From Burkholderiales bacterium (lineage in GTDB: Bacteria > Pseudomonadota > Gammaproteobacteria > Burkholderiales > SG8-39), in the NCBI GenBank assembly GCA_040902335.1, contig JBBDXL010000183.1, positions 8,507 through 66,401 on the forward strand: a stretch of DNA of 57,895 nt, read 5' to 3'. Shown piece after piece: positions 46,713 to 57,895 of the stretch. A program made the translations under genes and the position numbers. A model generated the notes under the pieces. The model had not been told where the DNA came from, did no database searches, and saw only the letters and a program-made list of their open reading frames with translations. The stretch's first letter is position 1. The number at the start of each line of letters is the position of its first letter.

Positions 46713-47062
46713 GCAGCGCAGCGATGCAGGAGTACAAGTCGAGCCTGGGCGACCCGGCGAGCCGCAGGTTCGGGACATTCTCGTACCTCCCGCCAATGTC
46801 GGCGGAGCGCATCCGTGCGCAGGTCGCCTACCTCCTGAAGCGCGGCTGGTCGCCGGCGATCGAGCACACCGCGCCGCAGAACGCGGTCGGCTCGTACTGG
46901 ACCATGTGGAAGCTGCCGCTGTTCGGCGAGTCGAGCGCGGAGCAGGTGCTGGCGGAGGCCGAGGCCTGCCACCGGGCGCACCCGGACCACGTCGTGCGGC
47001 TAATCGGCTACGACAACGTCCGCCAGACGCTGGGCACCGCCTTCACGCTGCCCCATGCTTAA
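46709..47062 (+). CDS. cbbS: RubisCO small subunit, non-carboxysomal IAq-like
   Basis: [41 protein letters not shown]. Confidence 0.96.
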   Translation: MSSAAMQEYKSSLGDPASRRFGTFSYLPPMSAERIRAQVAYLLKRGWSPAIEHTAPQNAVGSYWTMWKLPLFGESSAEQVLAEAEACHRAHPDHVVRLIGYDNVRQTLGTAFTLPHA

Positions 47063-47771
47063 GGCGCTGATCTTCGACCTCGACGGCACGCTCGCCGACA
47101 CCGAGGAGACGCACCGCCAGGCGTTCAACGCCGCGTTCATCGAGCTCGCGCTGTGGTGGGACTGGAGCCCGCCACTCTACGCGCGGCTGCTCGCGATCTC
47201 GGGCGGCAAGGAGCGCCTGCGGCATTACATCGGCACCCTGCGCGTGCCGGCGGCCGAGCGCGAGCGCTTGCTGCACATCGTGCCCGCGCTGCACGACACG
47301 AAGACGCGCATCTACACCGAGCTGCTGGTGCGTGGACAGCGCCCGTTTCGTGCCGGCGTGCTGCCGCTGCTGCGCGCGGCGCGCGACGCGGGACTCAAGC
47401 TCGCTATCGCCTCCACCACGACCTCGGCGAACGTCAACGCGCTGCTGCAGGCCAACCTCGGCGCCGCGTCCGACATCGGTTTCGACGTCATCGCCTGCGG
47501 CGACCAGGTGAAGGAGAAAAAGCCCGCGGCCGACATCTACCGGCTGGTGCTCGCCAGCCTGCGCCTCGCGCCGGAAGCCTGCATCGCCTTCGAGGATTCG
47601 CTGAACGGCCTGCGCGCCGCGAAGGCGGCCGGCCTGGCGACGGTGGTCACCCCTTCGCGCTGGACTGCGCAAGAGGATTTCTCCGACGCGGACCTGGTCC
47701 TGCCCGCGCTCGAAGGGCTCGACCTGCCGCGCCTCGGGCGGCTGCTGGGGGAAGCGCATGCCTCAGCTTGA
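47055..47771 (+). CDS. cbbY: CbbY HAD phosphatase
   Basis: [34 protein letters not shown]. Confidence 0.92.
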   Translation: MLKALIFDLDGTLADTEETHRQAFNAAFIELALWWDWSPPLYARLLAISGGKERLRHYIGTLRVPAAERERLLHIVPALHDTKTRIYTELLVRGQRPFRAGVLPLLRAARDAGLKLAIASTTTSANVNALLQANLGAASDIGFDVIACGDQVKEKKPAADIYRLVLASLRLAPEACIAFEDSLNGLRAAKAAGLATVVTPSRWTAQEDFSDADLVLPALEGLDLPRLGRLLGEAHASA

Positions 47772-48828
47772 GACCACGCTCACCGAGTTCATCATCGGCG
47801 AGCAGCGCCGCCATCCCGGCGCCACCGGCGGCTTCACGGCGCTCGTGAACGACATCCGCCTCGCCTGCAAGCGCATCGCGACCCTGGTGGGCAAGGGCGC
47901 GCTCGCCCGGGTGCACGGTGGCACCGGCGAGCGCAACGTGCAGGGTGAAGAGCAGCAGAAGCTGGATGTGCTGGCCAACGACATCTTCCTTCGCACCAAC
48001 GAGTGGGGCGGGCATCTCGCCGGCATGGCGAGCGAGGAGCTCGAGCGCCCGTACCGCATACCGGACGAGCACCCGCGCGGGCGCTACCTGCTCGCCTTCG
48101 ATCCGCTGGACGGCTCTTCCAACATCGATGTCAACGTCTCGGTCGGCTCGATCTTCTCGGTGCTCGCCTGTCCCGAGGGCGTCGCGGGCGAAGAAGAGCG
48201 CGCCTTCCTGCAGCCCGGCGCGCGCCAGGTGTGCGCGGGCTATGCGATCTACGGCCCGACCACCATGCTGGTGCTCACCTTCGGTCGCGGCGTGCACGGC
48301 TTCACGCTCGATCGCGAGATCGGCGAGTTCATCTACACGCATCCCGGCCTGCGTATCGCTGAGGAGACTTCGGAGTTCGCGATCAACGCCTCCAACAGCC
48401 GCTTCTGGGAGCCGGCGGTGAAGCGCTACGTCGACGAGTGCATGGCGGGCAAGAGCGGCCCGCGCGGCAAGGACTTCAACATGCGCTGGATCGCGTCGCT
48501 GGTGGCCGAGGCGCACCGCATCCTGATGCGCGGCGGCGTGTTCCTCTATCCGCGCGACGAGCGTGAAGCGAACCGCAGCGGGCGCCTGCGCCTGCTCTAC
48601 GAGGCCAACCCCATCGGCATGGTGATCGAGCAGGCGGGCGGGCGCGCCAGCACGGGCTACGGCCCCGTGCTCGATGTGGCGCCGGCAGGCCTGCACCAGC
48701 GCTCGGGCTTCGTGTTCGGCGCGCGCCACGAGGTCGAGCGCATCGAGCAGTACCACCGCGATTTCAACGAAAAGCCCTACGACGCGCCGCTGTTCGGCAC
48801 GCGCGGCCTGTTCCGCGCCGCGCACTGA
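47758..48828 (+). CDS. fbp: Class 1 fructose-1,6-/sedoheptulose-1,7-bisphosphatase
   Basis: QQKLDV, FDPLDGSSN, RLRLLYEANP. Confidence 0.96.
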   Translation: MPQLETTLTEFIIGEQRRHPGATGGFTALVNDIRLACKRIATLVGKGALARVHGGTGERNVQGEEQQKLDVLANDIFLRTNEWGGHLAGMASEELERPYRIPDEHPRGRYLLAFDPLDGSSNIDVNVSVGSIFSVLACPEGVAGEEERAFLQPGARQVCAGYAIYGPTTMLVLTFGRGVHGFTLDREIGEFIYTHPGLRIAEETSEFAINASNSRFWEPAVKRYVDECMAGKSGPRGKDFNMRWIASLVAEAHRILMRGGVFLYPRDEREANRSGRLRLLYEANPIGMVIEQAGGRASTGYGPVLDVAPAGLHQRSGFVFGARHEVERIEQYHRDFNEKPYDAPLFGTRGLFRAAH

Positions 48829-48844
48829 GGCCGGAAGCCGCGCC

Positions 48845-49729
48845 ATGTCCGAGCGCCATCCGGTCATCGCCATCACCGGCTCTTCGGGAGCCGGCACGAC
48901 GTCGGTGATGCGCACCTTCCAGGAGATCTTCCGCCGCGAGGGCGTCAAGGCCGCCTTCGTCGAGGGCGACGCCTTCCACCGCTACGACCGCGCCGGGATG
49001 AAGCAGAGAATCGCCGAGGAGCTCGCGCGCGGCAACCAGCACGTCAGCCACTTTGGGCCCGAGAACAACCTGTTCGAGGAGCTGCAAGCGCTGTTCCGGG
49101 ACTACGCCGCCACCGGCCGCGGGCGCTCGCGCAAATACCTGCACAACGCGGAGGAGGCCGCGCCTTACGCGCAGCAGCCCGGCACCTTCACGCCGTGGCA
49201 GGACATCGAGCCGGACACCGATCTGCTGTTTTACGAGGGCTTGCACGGTGCGGTGGTCACCGACAAGGTGAACGTGGCGCGCCACGCGGACCTGCTGATC
49301 GGCGTGGTGCCCGTCATCAACCTGGAGTGGATCCAGAAGCTGCACCGCGACCGCGGGGCGCGCGGCTACACGACCGAGGCGGTGACCGACACCATCCTGC
49401 GGCGCATGCCCGACTACGTGCACTACATCATTCCGCAGTTCGCGCAGACGCACATCAACTTCCAGCGCGTGCCGGTGGTGGACACCTCGAACCCCTTCAT
49501 CGCGCGCCACATCCCGGCGCCCGACGAGAGCTTCCTCGTAATCCGCTTCGCCAACCCGCGCGGCATCGATTTCCCTTACTTGCTGACCATGCTGCACGAC
49601 TCGTTCATGTCGCGGCCGAACACCATCGCCGCGCCCGGCGGCAAGATGGACCTCGCCATGCAGCTCATCTTCACCCCGATGATCTGGCGCCTGATGGAGC
49701 GCAGGAAGCTCGCGCTCGGCAAAGGCTAG
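48845..49729 (+). CDS. cbbP: Phosphoribulokinase
   Basis: [34 protein letters not shown]. Confidence 0.97.
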   Translation: MSERHPVIAITGSSGAGTTSVMRTFQEIFRREGVKAAFVEGDAFHRYDRAGMKQRIAEELARGNQHVSHFGPENNLFEELQALFRDYAATGRGRSRKYLHNAEEAAPYAQQPGTFTPWQDIEPDTDLLFYEGLHGAVVTDKVNVARHADLLIGVVPVINLEWIQKLHRDRGARGYTTEAVTDTILRRMPDYVHYIIPQFAQTHINFQRVPVVDTSNPFIARHIPAPDESFLVIRFANPRGIDFPYLLTMLHDSFMSRPNTIAAPGGKMDLAMQLIFTPMIWRLMERRKLALGKG

Positions 49730-49739
49730 GAGGCTTCGC

Positions 49740-50777
49740 ATGGCCATGGTTTCTCTCAGGCAACTGCTCGACCACGCCGCCGAGCACGGCTACGGCGTGC
49801 CGGCGTTCAACGTCAACAACCTGGAGCAGATCCAGGCCATCATGCAGGCGGCCGAGGACACAGCGAGCCCGGTGATCCTGCAGGCCTCGGCGGGCGCGCG
49901 CAAGTACGCGGGCGAAGCGTTCCTGCGCCACATGGTGGAGGCGGCAGTCGAGGCGTACCCGGACATCCCCCTCGTCATGCACCAGGACCATGGCGCGAGC
50001 CCGGCGGTGTGCCAGAGCTCGATCCGCTCGGGCTTCACCAGCGTCATGATGGACGGCTCGCTCAAGGAGGACATGAAGACGCCGGCGTCGTACGACTACA
50101 ACGTCGCGGTGACGCGCAAGGTCGCGGAGATGGCGCACGCGGTGGGCGTCTCGGTCGAGGGCGAGCTCGGGTGCCTCGGGTCGCTCGAGACCGGCGAAGC
50201 GGGCGAGGAGGACGGGGTCGGCGCCGCGGGCAAGCTTTCGCGCGAGCAGCTGCTCACCGATCCGGCGCAGGCCGCCGACTTCGTGGCGCGCACGGGCGTC
50301 GACGCGCTCGCCGTCGCCATCGGCACCTCGCACGGAGCCTACAAGTTCACCAAGAAGCCGACGGGCGATGTGCTGGCGATCGACCGCGTCAAGGCAATCC
50401 ACGCGCGCCTGCCCGATACGCATCTCGTGATGCATGGCTCGTCGTCGGTGCCGCAGGAGTGGCTGCAGGTCATCCGCGAATACGGGGGCACGATCAAGGA
50501 GACCTACGGCGTGCCGGTCGAGGCCATCGTCGAAGGGATCCGCCACGGCGTGCGCAAGGTGAACATCGACACCGATATCCGCCTGGCGATGACCGGGGCG
50601 ATGCGCCGCGCGATGGCGCAGGACCCCGCCGAGTTCGACCCGCGCAAGTTCTTCAGGGACGCGACCGCGGCGGCGCGCGGCGTGTGCAAAGCGCGCTTCG
50701 AGGCTTTCGGCTGCGCCGGGCAGGCGCCGCGCATCAAGCCCATAGCGCTCGACAAGATGGCGGCGCGTTACGCCTGA
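49740..50777 (+). CDS. fba: Class II fructose-bisphosphate aldolase
   Basis: [32 protein letters not shown]. Confidence 0.97.
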   Translation: MAMVSLRQLLDHAAEHGYGVPAFNVNNLEQIQAIMQAAEDTASPVILQASAGARKYAGEAFLRHMVEAAVEAYPDIPLVMHQDHGASPAVCQSSIRSGFTSVMMDGSLKEDMKTPASYDYNVAVTRKVAEMAHAVGVSVEGELGCLGSLETGEAGEEDGVGAAGKLSREQLLTDPAQAADFVARTGVDALAVAIGTSHGAYKFTKKPTGDVLAIDRVKAIHARLPDTHLVMHGSSSVPQEWLQVIREYGGTIKETYGVPVEAIVEGIRHGVRKVNIDTDIRLAMTGAMRRAMAQDPAEFDPRKFFRDATAAARGVCKARFEAFGCAGQAPRIKPIALDKMAARYA

Positions 50778-50838
50778 AACGCGATCCGCGCCTTTCGCAC
50801 GCTGCGCGTTTCCGAGATAATCCCGGCCTTCCCCGCTC

Positions 50839-52848
50839 ATGACTCCTCCCGCCGCAACGGATTCCGATCTCGCCAACGCGCTGCGCGCTCTGGCGATGGA
50901 CGCCGTGGAAGCGGCCAAGTCGGGCCACCCCGGCATGCCCATGGGCATGGCGGAGATCGCCGTGGCGCTGTGGCACCGGCACCTCAGGCACAACCCCGCC
51001 AACCCCGCCTGGCCCAATCGAGACCGCTTCGTCATCTCGAATGGGCACGGTTCGATGCTGCTGTACGCGCTGCTGCACCTCACGGGCTACGACTTGCCGA
51101 TGGCGGAATTGAAGCGATTTCGTCGGCTGGGCTCGAAGACGCCAGGGCACCCGGAGTACGGCCTGACGCCGGGCGTGGAGACCACCACGGGACCGCTCGG
51201 GCAGGGCGTCGCCAACGCAGTCGGGATGGCGCTCGCCGAGAAGCTGCTCGCGGAGCACTTCAATCGACCCGGGTTCGACCTGGTCGATCACCACACTTTT
51301 GTGTTCCTCGGCGACGGCTGCATGATGGAGGGAATCTCGCACGAGGCCTGCTCGCTCGCCGGCACGCTCGGCCTGGGCAAGCTGGTCGCGCTGTACGACG
51401 ACAACGGCATCTCGATCGACTCGGACAAGGGCCCCATCGCGAACTGGTACACCGACGACGTGCCCAAGCGCTTCGCCGGCTACGGCTGGCAGGTGATCGC
51501 CAACGTGGACGGGCACGACGTCGAGGCGGTGGACAAGGCGCTGAAGAAGGCAAAGCGGGAAAAATCGCGGCCGACGCTCATCTGCTGCAAGACCGTCATC
51601 GGCAAGGGCGCGCCGACGCGCGCCGGAACCGGCAAGGCGCATGGCGAGGCCCTTGGGGAGACGGAGGTGGCCGCTACGCGCGCGGCAATCGGCTGGCCCC
51701 ATGCGCCGTTCGAGATCCCGCAGGACATCTTCGCCGGCTGGGACGCGCGCGCCGCGGGCAAGCGCGCCGAGCGCAGGTGGTCGAAACTTTTCGAGCGGTA
51801 CACGTCACAGTATTCCGCCGATGCGGCGGAGTTCCGCCGGCGCATGGCGGGCGACCTGCCCGCGGACTTCGAGCAGCGCGTCGGCCGGCTGATCGCCGAT
51901 GCGCACGCCAAGGCGGAAACCATCGCCACGCGCAAGGCGTCGCAGAACGTCCTCGAGACGCTGCTGCCGGAGTTGCCGGAACTGCTCGGCGGCTCGGCCG
52001 ATCTCACCGGCTCGAACCTGACCATGGCCAAAACCTCGCGCGTCATCACGCGCGAAGCGGGCGGCAATTACCTGTTCTACGGCGTGCGCGAGTTCGCCAT
52101 GTGCGCCATCATGAACGGCGTCGCGCTGCACGGCGGCTTCATCCCCTACGGCGGCACGTTCCTCGTGTTCTCGGACTACGCGCGTAACGCGCTGCGCATG
52201 GCGGCGCTCATGGGCAAGCGCGTGATCTACGTGTTCACGCACGACTCGATCGGGCTCGGCGAAGACGGCCCGACGCACCAGCCGGTGGAACATGCGGCCA
52301 GTTTGCGGCTCATACCCAATATGGACGTGTGGCGGCCCTGTGACACGGTGGAGGCGGCGGTGGCGTGGACCTGCGCGCTCGAGCGCCGCGACGGCCCGAG
52401 TGCGCTGCTCTTTTCGCGCCAGAACGTCGCCTTCGCGCTGCGCGGCGAGGAAGCGCTCACCCAGGTGCGCCGCGGCGGCTACGTGCTGTCCGACGCCCCA
52501 TGGGCGAAAGCGGTGTTGATTGCGACCGGCTCGGAAGTACCGCTCGCGCTCGCGGCGCAAAAGCGGCTCGCGGAGGCGGATGTCCCGGTACGTGTAGTCT
52601 CCATGCCTTCGACCACCGTGTTCGACCGCCAGGACGCGGCCTACCGCGACGGCGTGCTGCCGGCCAATTTGCCGCGCGTCGCCGTCGAGGCGGGAGTCAC
52701 GGATTTCTGGAGAAAGTACGTGGGCCTGCAGGGCGCGGTGGTCGGCATCGACCGCTTCGGCGAATCCGCGCCCGCCGGCGACCTGTTCAAGCACTTCGGC
52801 TTCACGGCCGAGCACGTCGAAAAAGCGGTAAGGAGCGTCGTCCCATGA
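50839..52848 (+). CDS. tkt: Transketolase
   Basis: [29 protein letters not shown]. Confidence 0.98.
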   Translation: MTPPAATDSDLANALRALAMDAVEAAKSGHPGMPMGMAEIAVALWHRHLRHNPANPAWPNRDRFVISNGHGSMLLYALLHLTGYDLPMAELKRFRRLGSKTPGHPEYGLTPGVETTTGPLGQGVANAVGMALAEKLLAEHFNRPGFDLVDHHTFVFLGDGCMMEGISHEACSLAGTLGLGKLVALYDDNGISIDSDKGPIANWYTDDVPKRFAGYGWQVIANVDGHDVEAVDKALKKAKREKSRPTLICCKTVIGKGAPTRAGTGKAHGEALGETEVAATRAAIGWPHAPFEIPQDIFAGWDARAAGKRAERRWSKLFERYTSQYSADAAEFRRRMAGDLPADFEQRVGRLIADAHAKAETIATRKASQNVLETLLPELPELLGGSADLTGSNLTMAKTSRVITREAGGNYLFYGVREFAMCAIMNGVALHGGFIPYGGTFLVFSDYARNALRMAALMGKRVIYVFTHDSIGLGEDGPTHQPVEHAASLRLIPNMDVWRPCDTVEAAVAWTCALERRDGPSALLFSRQNVAFALRGEEALTQVRRGGYVLSDAPWAKAVLIATGSEVPLALAAQKRLAEADVPVRVVSMPSTTVFDRQDAAYRDGVLPANLPRVAVEAGVTDFWRKYVGLQGAVVGIDRFGESAPAGDLFKHFGFTAEHVEKAVRSVVP

Positions 52849-53861
52849 CCATCAAGGTAGCCATCAACGGATTCGGCCGCATCGGCCGGATGATCCTGCG
52901 CGCGCACTACGAGGGCGGCAGGAAGCACGACCTGCAGTTCGTCGCCATCAACGACCTCGGCGACGCCAAGACCAACGCCCACCTCCTGAAGTACGACACC
53001 GCGCACGGGCGCTTTCCCGGCTCGGTCGCGGTGGAGGGCGACGGCATCGCCGTCGAAGGCGACCAGCTCAAGGTACTCGCCGAGCGCGACCCGGCGAAGC
53101 TGCCCTGGAAGGCGCTCGGCGTCGACGTGGTGCTCGAGTGCACGGGGCTTTTCACCGGCAAGGCGAAGGGCGGCGCGGGCCACCTCGCCGCCGGCGCGAA
53201 GAAGGTGATCATCTCGGCGCCGGGCGACAAGGACGTCGACCGCACCATCGTCATGGGCGTCAACCACGGCGCCCTGAAGGCCTCCGACACGGTGATATCC
53301 AACGCCTCCTGCACCACCAATTGCCTCGCGCCGCTGGTCAAGGCGCTCGACGACTCGATCGGCGTGGTGAACGGCCTGATGGTCACCGTGCACGCCTATA
53401 CCAACGACCAGGTGCTCACCGACGTCTTCCACAAGGACCTGCGGCGTGCGCGCTCGGCGACGCAGAACATGATTCCGACCAAGACCGGCGCGGCCGCCGC
53501 AGTGGGCCTGGTGCTGCCGCACCTGAACGGCAAGCTCGACGGCTACGCCATCCGCGTGCCGACCATCAATGTCTCGATCGTCGACCTGACCTTCGCAGCG
53601 AAGAAAGCCACTACGGCGGACGAGGTGAACGCGGCGGTGAAGAAGGCCGCCGACGGGCCGCTGAAGGGGATTCTGGAATACAACGCCGAGCCGCTCGTGT
53701 CCTCGGACTTCAACCACAATCCCGCCAGCTCGATTTTCGACTCGAGCCTCACCAAAGTCACCGGCGGTACGATGGTCAAGGTCGGTTCCTGGTACGACAA
53801 CGAATGGGGCTTCTCCAACCGCATGCTGGACGCGGCTGTTGCGCTGATGAACGCGAAGTAG
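52845..53861 (+). CDS. gap: Glyceraldehyde-3-phosphate dehydrogenase
   Basis: [27 protein letters not shown]. Confidence 0.98.
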   Translation: MTIKVAINGFGRIGRMILRAHYEGGRKHDLQFVAINDLGDAKTNAHLLKYDTAHGRFPGSVAVEGDGIAVEGDQLKVLAERDPAKLPWKALGVDVVLECTGLFTGKAKGGAGHLAAGAKKVIISAPGDKDVDRTIVMGVNHGALKASDTVISNASCTTNCLAPLVKALDDSIGVVNGLMVTVHAYTNDQVLTDVFHKDLRRARSATQNMIPTKTGAAAAVGLVLPHLNGKLDGYAIRVPTINVSIVDLTFAAKKATTADEVNAAVKKAADGPLKGILEYNAEPLVSSDFNHNPASSIFDSSLTKVTGGTMVKVGSWYDNEWGFSNRMLDAAVALMNAK

Positions 53862-53865
53862 CCGC

Positions 53866-55023
53866 ATGCGCTTCAAGCGCATGGCGGATCAGGAGCTGCG
53901 CGGCAAGCGCGTGTTCATCCGCTCCGACCTGAACGTGCCGCAGGACGAGGCCGGGCGGATCACGGACGACACGCGCATCCGCGCCTCCGTGCCGGCAATC
54001 CGCATGGCGCTCGACCAGGGCGCGGCGGTCATGGTGACCTCGCACCTCGGACGGCCCAGGGAGGGCGAGCTCAGGCCCGAGGATTCGCTCGCGCCGGTGG
54101 CCAAGAGGCTTGCCGAGCTGCTGGGCCGGCCGGTGCCGCTGGTGGCGGACTGGGTGAACGGGGTCGAGGTGAAGCCCGGCGACGTCGTGCTGCTCGAGAA
54201 CTGCCGCGTCAACAAAGGCGAGAAGAAGGACGACGAGGCACTCTCGCGAAAGATCGCGGCCTTGTGTGACGTATACGTGAACGACGCCTTCGGCACCGCG
54301 CACCGCGCAGAGGCCACCACGCACGGCGCGGCGCGCTTCGCGAAGGTCGCCTGCGCGGGGCCGCTGATGGCCGCCGAGCTCGACGCGCTCGGAAGAGCGC
54401 TCGCCGCGCCGGCGCGCCCGCTGGTGGCGATCGTCGCCGGCTCCAAGGTCTCGACCAAGCTCACCATCCTCGCCGCGCTGGCGAAGAAGGTGGACCAGCT
54501 GATCGTCGGCGGTGGCATCGCCAACACCTTCCTTCTCGCCGCGGGCATGCCGGTGGGCAAGTCGCTCGCGGAAAAGGACCTCATCGGCGAGGCGAAGCGC
54601 ATCATGGAGTTGACGAAGGTGCCGCTGCCCGTGGACGTGGTGGTGGCGAAAAGCCTCGACGCCGCGAGCGGCGTCACCAAGCCCGCGAAAGACGTGGCCG
54701 CCGACGAGATGATCCTCGATATCGGGCCGCAGAGCGCCGAGTTGCTCGCGGCGTCTCTCAAGACGGCGGGCACCATCGTCTGGAACGGACCGGTGGGGGT
54801 GTTCGAGAACGACGCCTTCGCGAAGGGCACCGAGACGCTGGCGCGCGCGATCGCCGACTCGAAGGCGTTCTCCATCGCGGGCGGCGGCGATACCGTCGCC
54901 GCGATTAACAAGTTCGGCATCGCCGGCAAGCTGAGCTACATTTCCACTGCGGGCGGCGCATTCCTCGAATTCCTCGAGGGCAAGACGCTGCCCGCCGTCG
55001 CGATTCTGGAAGAACGGGCCTGA
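53866..55023 (+). CDS. pgk: Phosphoglycerate kinase
   Basis: [29 protein letters not shown]. Confidence 0.98.
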   Translation: MRFKRMADQELRGKRVFIRSDLNVPQDEAGRITDDTRIRASVPAIRMALDQGAAVMVTSHLGRPREGELRPEDSLAPVAKRLAELLGRPVPLVADWVNGVEVKPGDVVLLENCRVNKGEKKDDEALSRKIAALCDVYVNDAFGTAHRAEATTHGAARFAKVACAGPLMAAELDALGRALAAPARPLVAIVAGSKVSTKLTILAALAKKVDQLIVGGGIANTFLLAAGMPVGKSLAEKDLIGEAKRIMELTKVPLPVDVVVAKSLDAASGVTKPAKDVAADEMILDIGPQSAELLAASLKTAGTIVWNGPVGVFENDAFAKGTETLARAIADSKAFSIAGGGDTVAAINKFGIAGKLSYISTAGGAFLEFLEGKTLPAVAILEERA

Positions 55024-56462
55024 TGCTCCGCAGCACCAAGATCGTCGCCACGCTCGGCCCCGCGTCCAGCGATCCCGCGGTGCTCGAGCGCATGGTGCGC
55101 GCGGGCGTCGACGTGGTGCGGCTCAATTTCTCGCACGGCACCGCCGCCGACCACGAAAAGCGCGCCGAGCTGGTCAGGGAAATCAGCCGCAAGTGCGGGC
55201 GCACCGTCGCCATCATGTGCGACCTGCAGGGGCCGAAGATCCGCATCGGCAAGTTCAAGGACGGCAAGGTGACGCTGGAGAAGGGCGCGCGCTTCATCCT
55301 CGACGCGACTTGCGCGCAGGGCGACGCGGAACGCGTCGGCCTGGACTACAAGGAGTTGCCGCGCGACGTCGAGGAAGGCGCGGTGCTCCTGCTCGACGAC
55401 GGCAAGATCGTGCTCGAGGTGACGGTGGTGCGCGGCGAGGAGGTGCATACCCGCGTGCGCCACGGCGGCGTGCTCTCGGACAACAAGGGCATCAACCGCC
55501 AGGGCGGCGGGCTGACTGCGGCGGCGCTCACCGCCAAGGACATGGAGGACATCCGCACGGCGGCGAAAATCCGCGCGGACTTCCTCGCGGTGTCGTTTCC
55601 CAAGTCGGGCGCCGACATGTACATGGCGCGCGAGCTGATGCGCGCGGCCGGCGGCAAGGCCATGCTGATCGCCAAGATCGAGCGCGCGGAAGCGGTGAAG
55701 CACGAGGCGCTCGTTAGCATCATGGGCGCCTGCGACGGCATCATGGTGGCGCGCGGCGACCTCGCGGTGGAAGTGGGCGACGCGGCGGTGCCGGCGCTGC
55801 AAAAGCGCATGATCCGGCTCGCGCGCGAGCACAACAAGCTCACCATCACGGCGACGCAGATGATGGAGTCGATGATCGCCAGCCCGGTGCCGACGCGCGC
55901 CGAGGTTTCCGACGTCGCCAACGCGGTGCTCGACGGCACCGACGCGGTGATGCTCTCGGCCGAATCGGCGAGCGGGCGCTATCCCGTGGAGACGATCGAG
56001 GCCATGGATCGCATCTGCGTCGAGGCCGAGCAGACGCAGTCGGTGAGCCTGGAGCAGGATTTCCTGAATCGCGTCTTCACGCGCGTCGACCAGTCGATCG
56101 CCATGGGGGCGCTGTTCACGGCGTTTCATCTCAAGGTGAAGGCGATCGCGGCGCTCACCGAGTCCGGCGCCACCGCGCTGTGGATGAGCCGCCTCAATTG
56201 CGGCGTGCCGATTTACGCGCTCACCTCGCAGACGCAGACGCGCTACCGCTGCGCGCTGTTCCGCGACACCTACCCCCTGATGGTGAAATACGTCGGCCAC
56301 GACCGCGAGGAGCTGCTGCAGGAGGCCGAGAATGTGCTGGTCGAGAATGGCGTGGTGAAGGACGGCGACCTCATCGTGCTCACCATCGGCGAGCCGATCG
56401 GCAAGGCGGGCGGCACCAACACCATGAAGATTGTCCGCGTGGGAGAGCACCGCAAGGCTTAA
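55023..56462 (+). CDS. pyk: Pyruvate kinase
   Basis: TKIVATLGP, RLNFSHG, MVARGDL, PTRAEVSDV, MLSAES. Confidence 0.98.
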   Translation: MLRSTKIVATLGPASSDPAVLERMVRAGVDVVRLNFSHGTAADHEKRAELVREISRKCGRTVAIMCDLQGPKIRIGKFKDGKVTLEKGARFILDATCAQGDAERVGLDYKELPRDVEEGAVLLLDDGKIVLEVTVVRGEEVHTRVRHGGVLSDNKGINRQGGGLTAAALTAKDMEDIRTAAKIRADFLAVSFPKSGADMYMARELMRAAGGKAMLIAKIERAEAVKHEALVSIMGACDGIMVARGDLAVEVGDAAVPALQKRMIRLAREHNKLTITATQMMESMIASPVPTRAEVSDVANAVLDGTDAVMLSAESASGRYPVETIEAMDRICVEAEQTQSVSLEQDFLNRVFTRVDQSIAMGALFTAFHLKVKAIAALTESGATALWMSRLNCGVPIYALTSQTQTRYRCALFRDTYPLMVKYVGHDREELLQEAENVLVENGVVKDGDLIVLTIGEPIGKAGGTNTMKIVRVGEHRKA

Positions 56463-56473
56463 AGGAGGATCGC

Positions 56474-56938
56474 ATGGCTGGAATCACACCGAAAGCGAGC
56501 AATCATGCCAATCTGCCGCCGCAGGCGTCGCGCTTCGTCGACGTGGTGGCGCTGCCCTGGGAGAAAACGTCCTTTCCGGGGGTCGAAGCGAAGACGCTGC
56601 TGATCGACCGCGACTCCGGCCTGCTGACGGTGCTGCTGAAGATGGGGCCGGGGGCGAAGCTGCCCGACCATGAGCACGTGTTGATCGAGCAGACCTACCT
56701 GCTTTCGGGCACGCTGGTGTGCGGCGAGGGCACGGTGACGGCGGGCAATTTCGTGTGGCGCCCGGCGGGCAGCCGCCACGAGGCCTGGGCAGGCCCGGAA
56801 GGCAACCTTTCGCTCGCCATGTTCCAGATCCCGAACCGCTTCTATCTCGCCGACGGCGCGGTGCGCGATTTCGTCGGCAACGACTGGGAAAAGAACTGGG
56901 GCGAGGCGCTGCGCCGCCACGAGGAGGCGAGCGTGTAG
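56474..56938 (+). CDS. ChrR-like cupin domain protein
   Basis: RBS AGGAGG; LPW...FPG, LPDHEH..IEQTY.L.G, WRPAGSRH. Confidence 0.85.
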   Translation: MAGITPKASNHANLPPQASRFVDVVALPWEKTSFPGVEAKTLLIDRDSGLLTVLLKMGPGAKLPDHEHVLIEQTYLLSGTLVCGEGTVTAGNFVWRPAGSRHEAWAGPEGNLSLAMFQIPNRFYLADGAVRDFVGNDWEKNWGEALRRHEEASV

Positions 56939-56961
56939 GGACAGACCTTCAGGTCTGTCCC
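56935..56961 (+). repeat. GTAG-type REP palindrome
   Basis: GTAG overlapping a perfect 10-bp stem GGGACAGACC-TTCA-GGTCTGTCCC. Confidence 0.7.
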
Positions 56962-56989
56962 TTAGAGGTCGCGCCCTTCGCGCCGCGCG

Positions 56990-57895
56990 CTACTTGCCGA
57001 GAATCGGCCCGAAGCGCTCCCACTGCTGGCCGGTGAAGCGGATCAGCTGCTCCGACTCGATCGGCGCGTAATCGTTGCCGCCGGTATTGATGCGAATGCC
57101 CGGCAGCAAAGTCTCCGGCCGATAGTCCCTCAGGCTCGCCGCCTGCTTCATGATGTTGGCGCGCGTCAGATTGTCCCCGGCCTGCTTCAGCACCTGGTGC
57201 AGGGTCTGCGCGACCGTGTAGCCGTACACGTTGAAAGGATCGGCGGTGTTGCCCTCGGGGTAGTACTTCTTCATGAAGGCTTCCCATTCCTTCACGGCGC
57301 GATCGTCCTTCCACTGCTGGTCGTTGGGGTCCTTGAAGTACTGCGTGGAGATCAGTCCCACGGATTTCTCCAGTCCGGCAGGCTTGAGCACAGAGCCGAT
57401 CGACGCGGAAACGTTGTTGAGATAATGGGTCGGCTTCCAGCCGGTGTCGTACGCCTTGCGGATCGCCTGCGCGGCGAACTTGGGCGTCGTGATGTTGAAG
57501 AACGTGTCCGCGCCCGCGGCCTGCAGCTGCACCATTTGCGAATCCACCGTTGGATCGGTCACCTCGTAGGATACTGCCTTCACGATCATGCTCGCCGCCC
57601 TGTCGCCCAGGCCGTCCCTGAAGCCCTTGAGGTAGTCCTTGCCGTAGTCGTCGTTCTGGTAAAGAACGCCGATCTTCGCCTTGGGGTTGTTCTTCAGGAT
57701 GTGCCCGGCGTAGATGCGCCCTTCGGTCTGGTAGTTCGGCTGCCAGCCCATGGTCCAGGGGAAGTTGCGCGCATCGTTCCACTTGGTGGCGCCGGTGGCG
57801 ACGAAGGCCTGCGGCACCTTCTTCGAGTTCATGTACTTGTGGATCGCGGTGTTGGACGGCGTGCCGAGCGTCTGGAACAGCAGCAGCACCTGATC
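56990..57895 (-). CDS. Branched-chain amino acid-type ABC substrate-binding protein, 5'-truncated by window edge
   Basis: LGTPSN, PWTMGWQPNYQTEG, YQNDDYGKDY, LTRANIMKQA (LivJ-like). Confidence 0.9.
   Translation of the reverse strand, partial: DQVLLLFQTLGTPSNTAIHKYMNSKKVPQAFVATGATKWNDARNFPWTMGWQPNYQTEGRIYAGHILKNNPKAKIGVLYQNDDYGKDYLKGFRDGLGDRAASMIVKAVSYEVTDPTVDSQMVQLQAAGADTFFNITTPKFAAQAIRKAYDTGWKPTHYLNNVSASIGSVLKPAGLEKSVGLISTQYFKDPNDQQWKDDRAVKEWEAFMKKYYPEGNTADPFNVYGYTVAQTLHQVLKQAGDNLTRANIMKQAASLRDYRPETLLPGIRINTGGNDYAPIESEQLIRFTGQQWERFGPILGK

Overview
High-GC (roughly 70% by eye), very compact chromosomal segment of a betaproteobacterium. It is mostly housekeeping: waaA/tolC/pcm, TPP riboswitch-thiC, sigma54/NtrC-controlled glnA-ntrBC, aceB, xth, prlC-folD, aceEF-lpdA-rpiA-phoU, argA and rsmE. 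It also holds a sugar-acid catabolic cluster, a ureidopropionase/beta-alanine aminotransferase pair, a speD-speE fusion, and a CbbR-regulated Calvin-cycle cluster (form IA RubisCO, no activase gene in the window) joined to tkt-gap-pgk-pyk. The best candidate for an undescribed system is a ~2.1 kb lower-GC islet (15548-17640) upstream of xth. It has its own promoter and a tightly packed three-gene operon: TIGR04255-like protein, small 'NWDSxG' protein, ADP-ribosyltransferase-like protein. I infer a tripartite toxin-antitoxin(-chaperone) or anti-phage module. Other signals are several apparently leaderless genes, a ~220 bp nested inverted-repeat element after ntrC, a GTAG-type REP and a structured leader before speD-speE. 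I saw no tRNA, rRNA, CRISPR array, integrase or transposase. All calls come from motif recognition only; no searches were run.
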